This document shows, one piece after another, positions 46,846 through 56,195 of a DNA stretch of 64,000 nt. Source of the stretch: Deltaproteobacteria bacterium (lineage in GTDB: Bacteria; Myxococcota; Kuafuiibacteriia; Kuafuiibacteriales; Kuafuiibacteriaceae); assembly GCA_040218735.1 (NCBI GenBank), contig JAVJQW010000057.1, positions 64,001 through 128,000 on the forward strand, given 5' to 3'. The translations under genes were made by a program, and so were the position numbers. Below the pieces are notes generated by a model. That model had not been told where the DNA came from. It saw nothing but the letters and a program-made list of their open reading frames with translations, and made no database searches. Within the stretch, counting starts at the first letter, position 1. Every line of letters begins with the position of its first letter.

Positions 46846-48150
46846 ATGGTGACGACCGTGAAGCAAGAAGACTCCGGCATCGAGAGCCCCGAAGCGCTCC
46901 GCCGCCGACTGGCCGAGCTCGGCGGCGACGCCGAGGACGCCTACCAGTTCGGCGCCCCGCCCGAGGATCTGCCGAGCCTCGAGCCGGCCGTCCCCACGCG
47001 CGTGACCGACGCGCCGGGCGTCCGCATCGAGGAGGTCAACCTGCGCGACAAGAAGGCCCGCGCACGTTTCATCGACATGCCCGAGCCGCTCTACGTGGGC
47101 GACCCGAACTACATCGCGCCGCTGAGGATGCACCTGATGCGCTTCCTCAACCCGTACGCGAACCCGGCGTTCAAGAACCTCGAGGTGCGCGCCATCCTCG
47201 CTTACCAGGACGGCAAGTGTGTCGGTCGCATGACGATGCAGATCGATCGCGCCTACGACGCGTACCACGAGACGAAGGCGGGCTTCTTCGGGTTCTTCGA
47301 GTGCGTGAACGACAAGAAGGTCGCGCACAAGATGTTCGACGACGCGGTCGCGTGGCTGAAGGAACGCGGCGCGCGTGAGTGGTACGGGCCGATGAACCTG
47401 ACCACGAACCACCAGGCGGGGCTCCTCGTGGAGAACTTCGACCGGCCGCCGTTCATCGAAGAGGGTTACAACCCGAGCTTCTACGAGGAGCTGTTCACGT
47501 CGTACGGCTTCGGCAAGGCGAAGGACCTGCTGGTGTGGTGGATCGAGGTCTCCAACGGGATGGAGACCAAGAACCGCAAGCGCGTCAAACGCATCGCGGA
47601 GCGGATCATGAAGCGCGAGGGGGTGGTGTTCCGCAACATCGACCTCGCGGACGCCGACGGTGAGATCGACCGGATGTTCGAGCTCTACCTGAAGGCCTGG
47701 CAGAAGAACTGGGGCTTCGTGCCGCTCAGCAAGGAAGAGTTCACGTGGCTCGCGCAGGACCTCAAGCAGGTCGCGATCCCGGAGCTCGTGTTGTTCGTCG
47801 AGCTCGACGGCAAACCGGTCGGCTTCTGCGCGACGCTGCCGAACGTGAACGAGGTGCTCCCGAAGGACGGCAAGCTGTTCCCGTTCGCGTGGATCAAGCT
47901 CCTCGGCGGACGCATCAAGAAGACGAAGCACGCGCGCCTCTACACGCTGGGGATGTTGCCCGAGTATCGAAAGCGCGGGCTCGAAGCGATGATGTTCTCG
48001 GAGACGCTCGAGCGCGCGCAGCGCATCGGCATCAGCGCCGGGGAGATCGGTTGGACGCTCGACGACAACACGCTGATCAACCGGGCGATCGAATCGATGG
48101 ACGGCTACGTCGACCGCCGGTACCGCATCCTCGGCATCAACCTGGACTGA
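46846..48150 (+). CDS. YghO-like GNAT acyltransferase (candidate bacterial ceramide synthase bCerS)
   Basis: DPNYIAPL, GFFGFFEC, GPMN, GLLVENF, YNP, NWGFVP, PNVNE, LGMLPEYRKRGL, WTLDDN. Confidence 0.82.
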   Translation: MVTTVKQEDSGIESPEALRRRLAELGGDAEDAYQFGAPPEDLPSLEPAVPTRVTDAPGVRIEEVNLRDKKARARFIDMPEPLYVGDPNYIAPLRMHLMRFLNPYANPAFKNLEVRAILAYQDGKCVGRMTMQIDRAYDAYHETKAGFFGFFECVNDKKVAHKMFDDAVAWLKERGAREWYGPMNLTTNHQAGLLVENFDRPPFIEEGYNPSFYEELFTSYGFGKAKDLLVWWIEVSNGMETKNRKRVKRIAERIMKREGVVFRNIDLADADGEIDRMFELYLKAWQKNWGFVPLSKEEFTWLAQDLKQVAIPELVLFVELDGKPVGFCATLPNVNEVLPKDGKLFPFAWIKLLGGRIKKTKHARLYTLGMLPEYRKRGLEAMMFSETLERAQRIGISAGEIGWTLDDNTLINRAIESMDGYVDRRYRILGINLD

Positions 48151-48154
48151 CGGC

Positions 48155-49618
48155 GTGAGCAAGTCCGCCACGCCCTCCGAGGCCGCCTCGATCCTCCTCA
48201 CGACGGCGGACGGGACCGTGCTCGTCGGGCAGCGCGCCCGGTCCATCCCGTTCCTCGGGAGCTACCTGTCGTTCCCGGGCGGCCGCGTCGAGGACGAGGA
48301 CCACGCGCTCGCCGCGCGGCTCTTCCCGGGTGACCCGCTCGCCGTCCGCAAGATCGCCGGGCTGCGGGAGCTGGAGGAAGAGACGGGGCTCACGGTCGAC
48401 GGGCCGCACGCCGTTCGCGCGGAGGGGGACTTCGCAACGCGTCTTGCGAACGTCGACCTGTCGCGCTTCGTCCCCGCGGGGCGCTGGGTCACGCCGGACT
48501 ACTCCCCCGTCCGCTACGACACGCACTTCTTCCAGTACGTCGTCGACGACTTCGACGAACCGACCGTCGGCGTCGAGAGCCCCGAGTTCGAGTGGCTCCG
48601 CTTCGAGCCCGCGGACAAGCTCGTGCGGGAGTGGTACGCGCTGCAACACCTGCTGTCGCCGCCCGCGCTCGTCGCGCTCGAGTGCCTGCAGTACGGCGCC
48701 GCCGAGGCGCCGCGCCGAATCCTGCAGCACCCCGGCGCGCGCGCCGAAGACCACCACGAGTTCGAGGCGCTCCCCGACGTCCGCATCTACGCGTTGCGCA
48801 CGCCGACGCTCCCGCCGGCGGAGACGACCAACGCCGTCGCGATCGGACGCGAGCGGATCCTCGTCGTCGACCCCGCGACGTACGACGACGACGAACGCGA
48901 CAAGCTCCTCGTCCACCTCGAAGCGCTCACGGCGCGCGGCGCGACGATCGAGGCGATCGTCCTGACGCACCACCACTTCGATCACGTCGGCGCCGCCAAG
49001 TGGCTCGCGCCGCGCGTGGGCGCGCCGGTCATCGCGCACGCCATCACGAAGGAGCTCCTCGGCGACAAGATCCGCATCGACGCGACGATCGAGGAGGGCC
49101 ACGTCTTCGACCTCGGCACCGACCGCCGCGGTGAGCCGTTCACGGTCGAGGTCCTGCACACGCCGGGTCACGCACCCGGGCACGTCGTGCTCGTCGACCG
49201 GCGCCCCGGCGCGCGCCTCATGATCGTCGGCGACATGGTCGCGGCGATCGGCACGATCATCGTGGACCCGCCCGAGGGCAACATGGCCGAGTACCTGCGA
49301 CAGCTCGAACGGCTCGCGGCGATGGACGAGTCGATCCTCATCCCGGCGCACGGCCCGCCGATCGTCGAGGGGCGCCGACACCTGAAGCGGTACGTCGCGC
49401 ACCGGCGCATGCGCGAGAGCAAGGTCGTCGCCGCGCTCGAACACCACGGCCGAGGCTCGGCGTCGGAGCTGCTCGACGTCGCGTACGACGACACGCCCAA
49501 ACACCTGTACCCGCTCGCGGCGCGTTCCTGCCTCGCGCACCTCGAGAAGCTCGTCGAGGATGGTCGCGCGATACGCGAGGGGGACCGCTTTCGCCTCGCG
49601 AGCGATTCCGGCGCATAA
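48155..49618 (+). CDS. NUDIX - MBL-fold (LACTB2-like) fusion hydrolase with C-terminal winged helix
   Basis: FPGGRVE...RELEEETG; THHHFDHVG, TPGHAPGH, GDM, PAHG, AHLEKL. Confidence 0.88.
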   Translation: MSKSATPSEAASILLTTADGTVLVGQRARSIPFLGSYLSFPGGRVEDEDHALAARLFPGDPLAVRKIAGLRELEEETGLTVDGPHAVRAEGDFATRLANVDLSRFVPAGRWVTPDYSPVRYDTHFFQYVVDDFDEPTVGVESPEFEWLRFEPADKLVREWYALQHLLSPPALVALECLQYGAAEAPRRILQHPGARAEDHHEFEALPDVRIYALRTPTLPPAETTNAVAIGRERILVVDPATYDDDERDKLLVHLEALTARGATIEAIVLTHHHFDHVGAAKWLAPRVGAPVIAHAITKELLGDKIRIDATIEEGHVFDLGTDRRGEPFTVEVLHTPGHAPGHVVLVDRRPGARLMIVGDMVAAIGTIIVDPPEGNMAEYLRQLERLAAMDESILIPAHGPPIVEGRRHLKRYVAHRRMRESKVVAALEHHGRGSASELLDVAYDDTPKHLYPLAARSCLAHLEKLVEDGRAIREGDRFRLASDSGA

Positions 49619-49684
49619 CCCGCATTTCGCGTCGGTTCGGTGAACGCCACCGGTTTGGGCTGACAGCACGTCCGAGGTCGCGCT

Positions 49685-50935
49685 ATGGACCCGGCGATGG
49701 CGGAAGCCGCCCATCCCCACATCCCGTTCTGGGCGGTGATCCCGTTCGTGCTGATCCTCCTGGGGATCGCCGTTCTGCCCCTCGTCCGCCACCACTGGTG
49801 GGAAGAGAACAAGAACAAGGCGATCTTCGCGGCGATCATCACGGTGCCGACGGTCGGCTACCTGATCACGCTCGACTGGCACATGCTCCTGCACGCCGGT
49901 GAGGAGTACATCTCCTTCATCGCGCTGCTCGGCAGCCTCTACATCGTCTCCGGCGGCATCGTGCTGCGGGGCGAGCTGAAGTCGAGCCCATTCGCCAACT
50001 CCGCGCTGCTCGCGGTGGGGTCGGTGCTCGCGTCGATGATCGGCACGACCGGCGCGTCGATGCTCCTCATCCGCCCGATGCTCCGCGCGAACCGGGTGCG
50101 CGACTACACACGGCACATCCCGATCTTCTTCATCTTCTGCGTGTCGAACGCGGGCGGCCTGCTGACGCCGCTCGGAGACCCGCCGCTGTTCCTCGGCTTC
50201 CTCCGCGGCGTGCCGTTCACGTGGACGTTCCAGCTCCTCCCGGAGTGGGCGTTCGTGAACGCGGTGATCATCGGCATCTTCTTCCTGATCGACTACCGCA
50301 CGGTGCGTGGCTCCGGGACGGCGAAGATCGAACGGCAGCCGGTGAGCCTCGCGGGCGCGCACAACTTCCTGTTCCTCGGGATGGTCGTGGCAAGCGCGGC
50401 GCTGTTGCCGCTGTGGTGGCGCGAAGCCGGCATGGCGATCGCGACGGTGCTCTCGCTGGTGACGACGAAGAAGGACCTGCGCGCAGAGAACGGGTTCACG
50501 TACCACCCGATCGAGGAGGTCGCGATCCTGTTCGCGGGGATCTTCGTGACGATGCAGCCGGCGCTCGGGCTCCTCCAGGAGTACGGCCCGCAGATGGGGC
50601 TCGAGTCGCCGAAGGCGTTCTACGCGGTGACCGGCGTCCTCTCGAGCTTCCTCGACAACGCGCCGACCTACGTCACCTTCTTCACCGTCGCGCAGTCGCT
50701 CCCGCCGGGCGACATGACCGTCGTCGCGGGGGTCCCGGAGCCGTACCTGATCGCCATCTCGCTCGGCGCGGTCTTCATGGGTGCGAACACCTACATCGGG
50801 AACGGCCCCAACTTCATGGTGAAGTCGATCTGCGACGAGTCGGGTTTTCAGACCCCGACGTTCTTCGGCTACATGGCCTGGTCGTTCGGCATCCTCGGCC
50901 CGATCTGGCTCCTCGTCGCCTTCCTGTTCGTCTGA
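49685..50935 (+). CDS. Ion transporter (IT superfamily; putative Na+/H+ antiporter or citrate transporter)
   Basis: IGTTGASMLLIRP, SNAGGLLTPLGDPPLFLGFL, SSFLDNAPTY, GANTYIGNGPNFMVK. Confidence 0.88.
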   Translation: MDPAMAEAAHPHIPFWAVIPFVLILLGIAVLPLVRHHWWEENKNKAIFAAIITVPTVGYLITLDWHMLLHAGEEYISFIALLGSLYIVSGGIVLRGELKSSPFANSALLAVGSVLASMIGTTGASMLLIRPMLRANRVRDYTRHIPIFFIFCVSNAGGLLTPLGDPPLFLGFLRGVPFTWTFQLLPEWAFVNAVIIGIFFLIDYRTVRGSGTAKIERQPVSLAGAHNFLFLGMVVASAALLPLWWREAGMAIATVLSLVTTKKDLRAENGFTYHPIEEVAILFAGIFVTMQPALGLLQEYGPQMGLESPKAFYAVTGVLSSFLDNAPTYVTFFTVAQSLPPGDMTVVAGVPEPYLIAISLGAVFMGANTYIGNGPNFMVKSICDESGFQTPTFFGYMAWSFGILGPIWLLVAFLFV

Positions 50936-50943
50936 GCAGTCTT

Positions 50944-51067
50944 CAGGCTTCAGCCGTCAGCCGGCAGCCGGCAGCCGGCAGCGCGGACCCGTGCCCCTGC
51001 GTCCCGCGGCCCCAACCAGGGACGGCCGCAGGTCGGGCTGCGGGCTGCAAGCTGAAGGCTGCCAGCT
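50944..51067. repeat. Inverted arrays of heptamer repeats (CAGCCGG-like / GGGCTGC-like) in the intergenic region
   Basis: caggctt cagccgt cagccgg cagccgg cagccgg cagc ... gggctgc gggctgc aagctga aggctgc cagct. Confidence 0.75.
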
Positions 51068-51127
51068 AAACCGATTGACGAATCAATCACCAGGAGCGAC
51101 AACGCAATGCGTCACCAAGGAGGCTCC

Positions 51128-52432
51128 ATGGTCCATTCCGTCGAAACCCCCACCTCACTCCCGCGCGTCGCGATCGTCGCCGGACTTCGGACGCCGTTCG
51201 CCAAGATGGGCACGGCCTACGCGAAGCTGTCCGCGCTCGACCTCGGCACCGAAGCGGTGCGCGAGCTCATGACGCGCTCCGCGTTGAAACCCGTCGATCT
51301 CGACCTCGTCGTCTACGGCCAGGTCGTCCCGTCGCTCGTCGGCCCGAACGTCGCGCGCGAGGTCGCGCTGCGGCTCGACCTGCCGAAGAGCGTCGACGCC
51401 TTCTCCGTCACGCGCGCCTGCGCGACGAGCACGCAGGCCACCGCCTCCGCGGTGATGGCGATCCAGACCGGCCAAGCGCAGATCGCGATCGCCGGCGGCG
51501 CCGACTCCGCGAGCGACGTCCCGATCACTGTGAGCAAGGGCCTCGCCGAGGCGCTGATCACCGCGTCGCAGGCGAAGAAACCCGCCGACAAGCTCAAGGC
51601 GTTCTCGAAGCTCGCCCCGAAGGATCTCCTCCCCACGCCGCCCGCGCTGCGCGAGCTGTCGACCGGCCTCACGATGGGTGAGTCCGCGGAGAAGATGGCA
51701 CAGGAGAACGGCATCACCCGCGAGGCGCAGGACGCCTTCGCCCACCGCAGCCACACCCTCGCCGCGAAGGCGTACGCCGAGGGCATCTTCGCCGACGAGG
51801 TCATGACGGTGCGGGCCCCGCCGAAGTACGCCGGCTACGGCGAGGACAACCTCGTCCGCAAGGACTCCACGCTGGAGGGCTACGCGAAGCTGCGCCCCGT
51901 CTTCGACAAGAAGTACGGGACGATCACCGCCGGGAACAGCTCCCCGCTCACCGACGGCGCTTCGGCGCTGCTGCTGATGCGCGAGGATGTCGCGAAGGCG
52001 CTCGGCTACACGCCGCTCGCGTTCGTGAAGTCGTACGCGTTCGCCGCGCTCGACCCGAACGAGCAGCTGCTGATGGGCCCGGCCTACGCGAGCCCGCGCG
52101 CGATGGACGCCGCAGGTGTCACGATGAAGGACCTCGATGTCGTCGACATGCACGAGGCCTTCGCCGCGCAGATGTTGTCGAACCTGCAGGCGTTTGCGTC
52201 GAAGAAGTGGGCCGAGGAGAAGCTCGGTCGCAGCGAAGCGATCGGCGAGATCGACGACGCGAAGCTCAACCTCTACGGCGGCTCGATCTCACTCGGGCAC
52301 CCGTTCGCAGCGACCGGCGTCCGTCAGATCAACACGGTCGCGCGCGAGCTATCGCGCCGCGGCGGCGGGCTTGGGCTCGTCACGCAGTGCGCCGCCGGCG
52401 GCCTCGGCGCCGCGATGATCCTGGAAGGCTGA
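51128..52432 (+). CDS. fadI: Acetyl-CoA C-acyltransferase (thiolase) FadI
   Basis: RBS AAGGAGG; RTPFAK, RACATS, GGADSASDVP, NSSPLTDGA, DMHEAFAAQ, GHPFAATG, CAAGGLG. Confidence 0.92.
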   Translation: MVHSVETPTSLPRVAIVAGLRTPFAKMGTAYAKLSALDLGTEAVRELMTRSALKPVDLDLVVYGQVVPSLVGPNVAREVALRLDLPKSVDAFSVTRACATSTQATASAVMAIQTGQAQIAIAGGADSASDVPITVSKGLAEALITASQAKKPADKLKAFSKLAPKDLLPTPPALRELSTGLTMGESAEKMAQENGITREAQDAFAHRSHTLAAKAYAEGIFADEVMTVRAPPKYAGYGEDNLVRKDSTLEGYAKLRPVFDKKYGTITAGNSSPLTDGASALLLMREDVAKALGYTPLAFVKSYAFAALDPNEQLLMGPAYASPRAMDAAGVTMKDLDVVDMHEAFAAQMLSNLQAFASKKWAEEKLGRSEAIGEIDDAKLNLYGGSISLGHPFAATGVRQINTVARELSRRGGGLGLVTQCAAGGLGAAMILEG

Positions 52433-52443
52433 AGGAGCAAGAC

Positions 52444-54618
52444 ATGAGTCAGCAAAAACGAGCCATCACCCTCGAGACGCGCGACGACGGCGTCGGCGTC
52501 ATCGTCATCGACATCCCCGGCAAGGTGCAGAACACCCTCGGCCGAAGCCTCGAAGAAGAGTTCGTGCGCGTCCGCGCCGAAGTCGAGCGCGCCGGCTGCA
52601 AGGCCGTCGTGATCACGTCCGGCAAGGAGACTTCGTTCATCGCCGGCGCCGACATCGAGATGATCCAGGAGATCAAGACCGAGGCCGACGCCTTCGAGGG
52701 CTCGCGCCGCCTGCAGCGCGCCTTCGACGAATTCGAAGAGGCCAAGATCCCGTACGTCGCGGCCATCCACGGCGCGTGCCTCGGCGGCGGGATGGAGCTC
52801 GCCCTCGCCTGCCGCGGGCGCGTCGCGTCGAACCACGGCAAGACGAAGCTCGGCCTCCCCGAAGTGCAGCTCGGCCTGCTCCCGGGCGCCGGCGGCACGC
52901 AGCGCCTGCCGCGCCTCGTCGGCGTGGAGGCCGCGCTCGACCTCCTCCTCACCGGCAAGCAGCTCGACGCCCGCCGCGCCAAGAAGATCGGGCTCGTGGA
53001 CGAAGTCGTTCCGCGCGCGATCCTCGTCGACGCCGCCGCGAAGCTCGCGCTGAAGCTCGCCGCCGAGCACAAGAGCAAGTCGTTCGCGGACCGCCTCAAC
53101 GACTTCGCCGATCCGAAGGCCCTGCGGGAGCTCGCGCTCGCGAAGAACCCGGTCGGCCTCAACATCGTCTTCTCGCAAGCCGAGAAGACGCTGCGGAAGA
53201 AGGCCGGTGACCACTACCCCGCGCCGTTCGAGATCCTGGAGGTCGTCAAACACGGGCTGGAGAAGGGCCTCGAGAAGGGCCTCGAGCGCGAGGCGAAGGG
53301 CTTCGCGAAGCTCGTGATGACCGACGTGTCGCGCCGCCTGATCGACGTGTTCTTCGCGCAGACCGCGCTCAAGAAGGACAACGGGACACGCGCCGGAAAC
53401 GTGCAGCCGCGCGAGGTGACGAACATCGGCGTCCTCGGCAGCGGGATCATGGGTCACGGCATCGCGTACGTGACGACCGGGCGCGCGAAGATCCCGGTGC
53501 GCATGAAGGACCGCGACGACGCCTCCGTCGCGCGCGGGCTCTCCGCGGTGCACGACATCGTGCAGGGGCGCGCCAAGAAGAAGCGCATGACCAGGCAGGA
53601 GGCGACCGAGCAGCTGATGCGGCTGTCCGGCACGACCGACTACTCCGGGTTCGCGCAGTGCGAGATGGTGATCGAAGCAGTCTTCGAGGACCTCGGCGTG
53701 AAACACGCCGTGCTGAAGGAGATCGAGGCGGTCTGCAAGCCGGACACGATCTTCGCGTCGAACACGTCGTCCATCCCGATCACCCAGATCGCGGAGGGCG
53801 CGCAGCGGCCCGAGAACGTGATCGGGATGCACTACTTCTCGCCGGTCCACAAGATGCCGTTGCTCGAGGTGATTCGCACGAAGCACACGAGCGACGAAGC
53901 GATCGCGACCACCGTCGACATCGGCAAGAAGCAGGGCAAGACGGTCATCGTCGTGAACGACGGCACCGGCTTCTACACGAGCCGCATCCTCGGCCCGTAC
54001 ATGAACGAAGCCGCGTGGCTCCTCTCCGAGGGGGTGCCGGTCGAAGTCATCGACCGCGCTTCGAAAGCGTGGGGCTTCCCGGTCGGTCCGATCACGTTGC
54101 TCGACGAGGTCGGCATCGACACCGCAGCGAAGGTCTCGAAGGTCGCGCTCGCGGCGTTCGGCGACCGCATGGACACCCCCGGCAGCCTCGACAAACTCGT
54201 GGCCGACGGTCGCACCGGGCGTAAGGGCAAGAAGGGCTTCTACGTCTACAGCGACAAGAAGGGTAAGAAGAAGGAGGTCGACGCGAGCGTCTACGGCGTC
54301 ATCGGCGTGAAGCCGAACGAAAAGAAGTCGTACGATGAAAAGGCGCTCGGCGAGCGCATGGGTCTGCAGATGGTCGCGGAGGCGATTCGCTGCTTCGAGG
54401 AGGAGATCCTCCGTCACCCGCGCGACGGCGACATCGGCGCCATCTTCGGCCTCGGCTTCCCGCCCTTCACCGGCGGGCCGTTCCGCTACGCGGACGCCAT
54501 CGGCCCGGCGGAGCTGCTGCGCCGCCTCCGCGCGCTCGAAGAACAACACGGCAAGCGCTTCGCACCGCCCGCGCTGCTCGTGGAGCGCGCGAAGAGCGGG
54601 CGTCGTTTCCACGACTGA
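52444..54618 (+). CDS. fadJ: Fatty acid oxidation complex subunit alpha FadJ
   Basis: FIAGADI, CLGGGMELALAC, GLPEVQLGLLPG, GSGIMG, IEAVFED, ASNTSS, GMHYFSPV. Confidence 0.93.
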   Translation: MSQQKRAITLETRDDGVGVIVIDIPGKVQNTLGRSLEEEFVRVRAEVERAGCKAVVITSGKETSFIAGADIEMIQEIKTEADAFEGSRRLQRAFDEFEEAKIPYVAAIHGACLGGGMELALACRGRVASNHGKTKLGLPEVQLGLLPGAGGTQRLPRLVGVEAALDLLLTGKQLDARRAKKIGLVDEVVPRAILVDAAAKLALKLAAEHKSKSFADRLNDFADPKALRELALAKNPVGLNIVFSQAEKTLRKKAGDHYPAPFEILEVVKHGLEKGLEKGLEREAKGFAKLVMTDVSRRLIDVFFAQTALKKDNGTRAGNVQPREVTNIGVLGSGIMGHGIAYVTTGRAKIPVRMKDRDDASVARGLSAVHDIVQGRAKKKRMTRQEATEQLMRLSGTTDYSGFAQCEMVIEAVFEDLGVKHAVLKEIEAVCKPDTIFASNTSSIPITQIAEGAQRPENVIGMHYFSPVHKMPLLEVIRTKHTSDEAIATTVDIGKKQGKTVIVVNDGTGFYTSRILGPYMNEAAWLLSEGVPVEVIDRASKAWGFPVGPITLLDEVGIDTAAKVSKVALAAFGDRMDTPGSLDKLVADGRTGRKGKKGFYVYSDKKGKKKEVDASVYGVIGVKPNEKKSYDEKALGERMGLQMVAEAIRCFEEEILRHPRDGDIGAIFGLGFPPFTGGPFRYADAIGPAELLRRLRALEEQHGKRFAPPALLVERAKSGRRFHD

Positions 54619-54621
54619 ATC

Positions 54622-54653
54622 GAGGTGCGGCGCCGCACCCGCGGCGCCGCCTC
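54622..54653. terminator. GC-rich palindromic hairpin between convergent genes
   Basis: gag-gt-gcggcgccgc-accc-gcggcgccgc-ctc; the 10-mer is self-complementary; no U-tract. Confidence 0.4.
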
Positions 54654-55296
54654 ACTCCACGCTCGCGTAGAGCTCCACGTCCACACCCGAGCTGTCGATC
54701 GGCGTCAACCAGGGTTGCGGCGGCACGGGCAGGTTCACCGCACAGATCCGAATCGGACGCGCACGAGCGATGTCGCGCAGCGCCGCGAAGGTCTCCGCGA
54801 TTCGGTCGCCGCCGAACGGGCAGTACAGGAAGAAGACCGTCCCGATCTCCATCGAGGGGAGGGTCTCGACGGCGTCGCCGACCACGGTCGGCGCACGTGT
54901 CAGGCGCAGCCGCGCCGAGAGACGCTCCGCAGCGCGCGCGAGGTGCGGCTGGATCTCCAGCCCGACACAGCCCGCGCCGGTGACGAGGTGCACGAGCGCC
55001 GTGACGCGGCCGGCGCCCGAGCCGATGTCGACGAAGACGTCGCCCTCGGTCACGCCCAGCTCCGCGACGACACGAAGCACCGTGGACGTCGCGCACGGGA
55101 GATAACCGACGCACCCGCGCGGTAGGCTCTGGTCCTCCGCGATCCCGTCGAGGCCGAAGACCTCGTCGACCCACGCGTCGCGCACCTCGGTCGGCACCTG
55201 GCGTAGCGCTTCGACGAACACGTCGCGCCGCGCGGGTCCCCGCCCCGCGAGGGCCTGTCGTACCCGCCGCGCGCTCGCGCGGTGCGCCGCGCGCAT
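54652..55296 (-). CDS. Class I SAM-dependent methyltransferase (DOT1-like)
   Basis: YLPC...DVFVDIGSGAGR...GLEI...FFLYCPF. Confidence 0.85.
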   Translation of the reverse strand: MRAAHRASARRVRQALAGRGPARRDVFVEALRQVPTEVRDAWVDEVFGLDGIAEDQSLPRGCVGYLPCATSTVLRVVAELGVTEGDVFVDIGSGAGRVTALVHLVTGAGCVGLEIQPHLARAAERLSARLRLTRAPTVVGDAVETLPSMEIGTVFFLYCPFGGDRIAETFAALRDIARARPIRICAVNLPVPPQPWLTPIDSSGVDVELYASVE

Positions 55297-55298
55297 CG

Positions 55299-56162
55299 TC
55301 AGGCCTCCTCGATGATCACGTCGGCGTCGACGTGCACCACGGCGTTCACGACGTCGCCCTCCTCACGCAGGCGCCGTTCGATGGTCTCGCCGAGGTCGTG
55401 CGCCGCGCCCACCGTGAGCGACGGGTCGACGAAGATCTCCACCCACACGTCCAGATCGTCGCCGAGGTGCCGCGCGCGTAGCGCGCCCACGCGACGTACC
55501 CCCTCGACCGACGCGACGACCTCCCGCAAGGCAGCTTGCCGCTCCTCATCGGGCGCCGCCCCCATCAACAGCTGCGTGCTCTCCCACCCGAGCATGAGCC
55601 CGGAGGCGAAGATCCACAGCCCGACCGGGACCGCGAGGTACGCGTCGAGGTGCGACCACCCCTGGTACTTCGCAGCGAAGAAGCCGACCAACGACAGCCC
55701 ACCGAGGAGCGCGTCGTTGCGCGCGTCGATCGAGAACGCGCGCATCGCCTGCGACCGCTTCGCGCGGCCCGCGAAGACCATCAGCGCCAGCTTCAGCAGC
55801 ACCTTGGCCGCGAGCACCGACGCGAAGCGCCACCCGAACGTGACCTCGTCCGGCGAACGAATCGCGCCGACCGCCGAACCCAACACCTCGACCGCGAGGA
55901 CACCGACCAACACCGCGACCACGAGCGCGGCGACGGGCTGCGCGGTATGGTGTCCGAACGGATGTGAGGCGTCGGCGGGGCGGCGGCTCACCCTCAGCGC
56001 GAACAGGAGCGCGCCGCCCGTGAGCGCATCGGCGAGGCTGTCGACCGTTTGCGCGAGCGCGAGCTCGCTCTGGCCCCCGAGGTACGCCGCGCCGAGGAGG
56101 ATGAAGAGCGCGACGCTCAGCGCGATCGAAACCGCGAGCAGGCGCGCGCCAGCGTCCTTCAC
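55299..56162 (-). CDS. Cation diffusion facilitator (FieF-like)
   Basis: DSLAD, PADASHPFGH, ARND, AHD...VHVD. Confidence 0.92.
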   Translation of the reverse strand: MKDAGARLLAVSIALSVALFILLGAAYLGGQSELALAQTVDSLADALTGGALLFALRVSRRPADASHPFGHHTAQPVAALVVAVLVGVLAVEVLGSAVGAIRSPDEVTFGWRFASVLAAKVLLKLALMVFAGRAKRSQAMRAFSIDARNDALLGGLSLVGFFAAKYQGWSHLDAYLAVPVGLWIFASGLMLGWESTQLLMGAAPDEERQAALREVVASVEGVRRVGALRARHLGDDLDVWVEIFVDPSLTVGAAHDLGETIERRLREEGDVVNAVVHVDADVIIEEA

Positions 56163-56195
56163 GGCATGGCGTTTACCAAAGGCGTGACGTCTGCG

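Noticed and set aside
50944-51067. Possible CRISPR array or IS ends
   Set aside because: Repeats are 7 nt with no unique spacers; no cas or transposase gene in the window.
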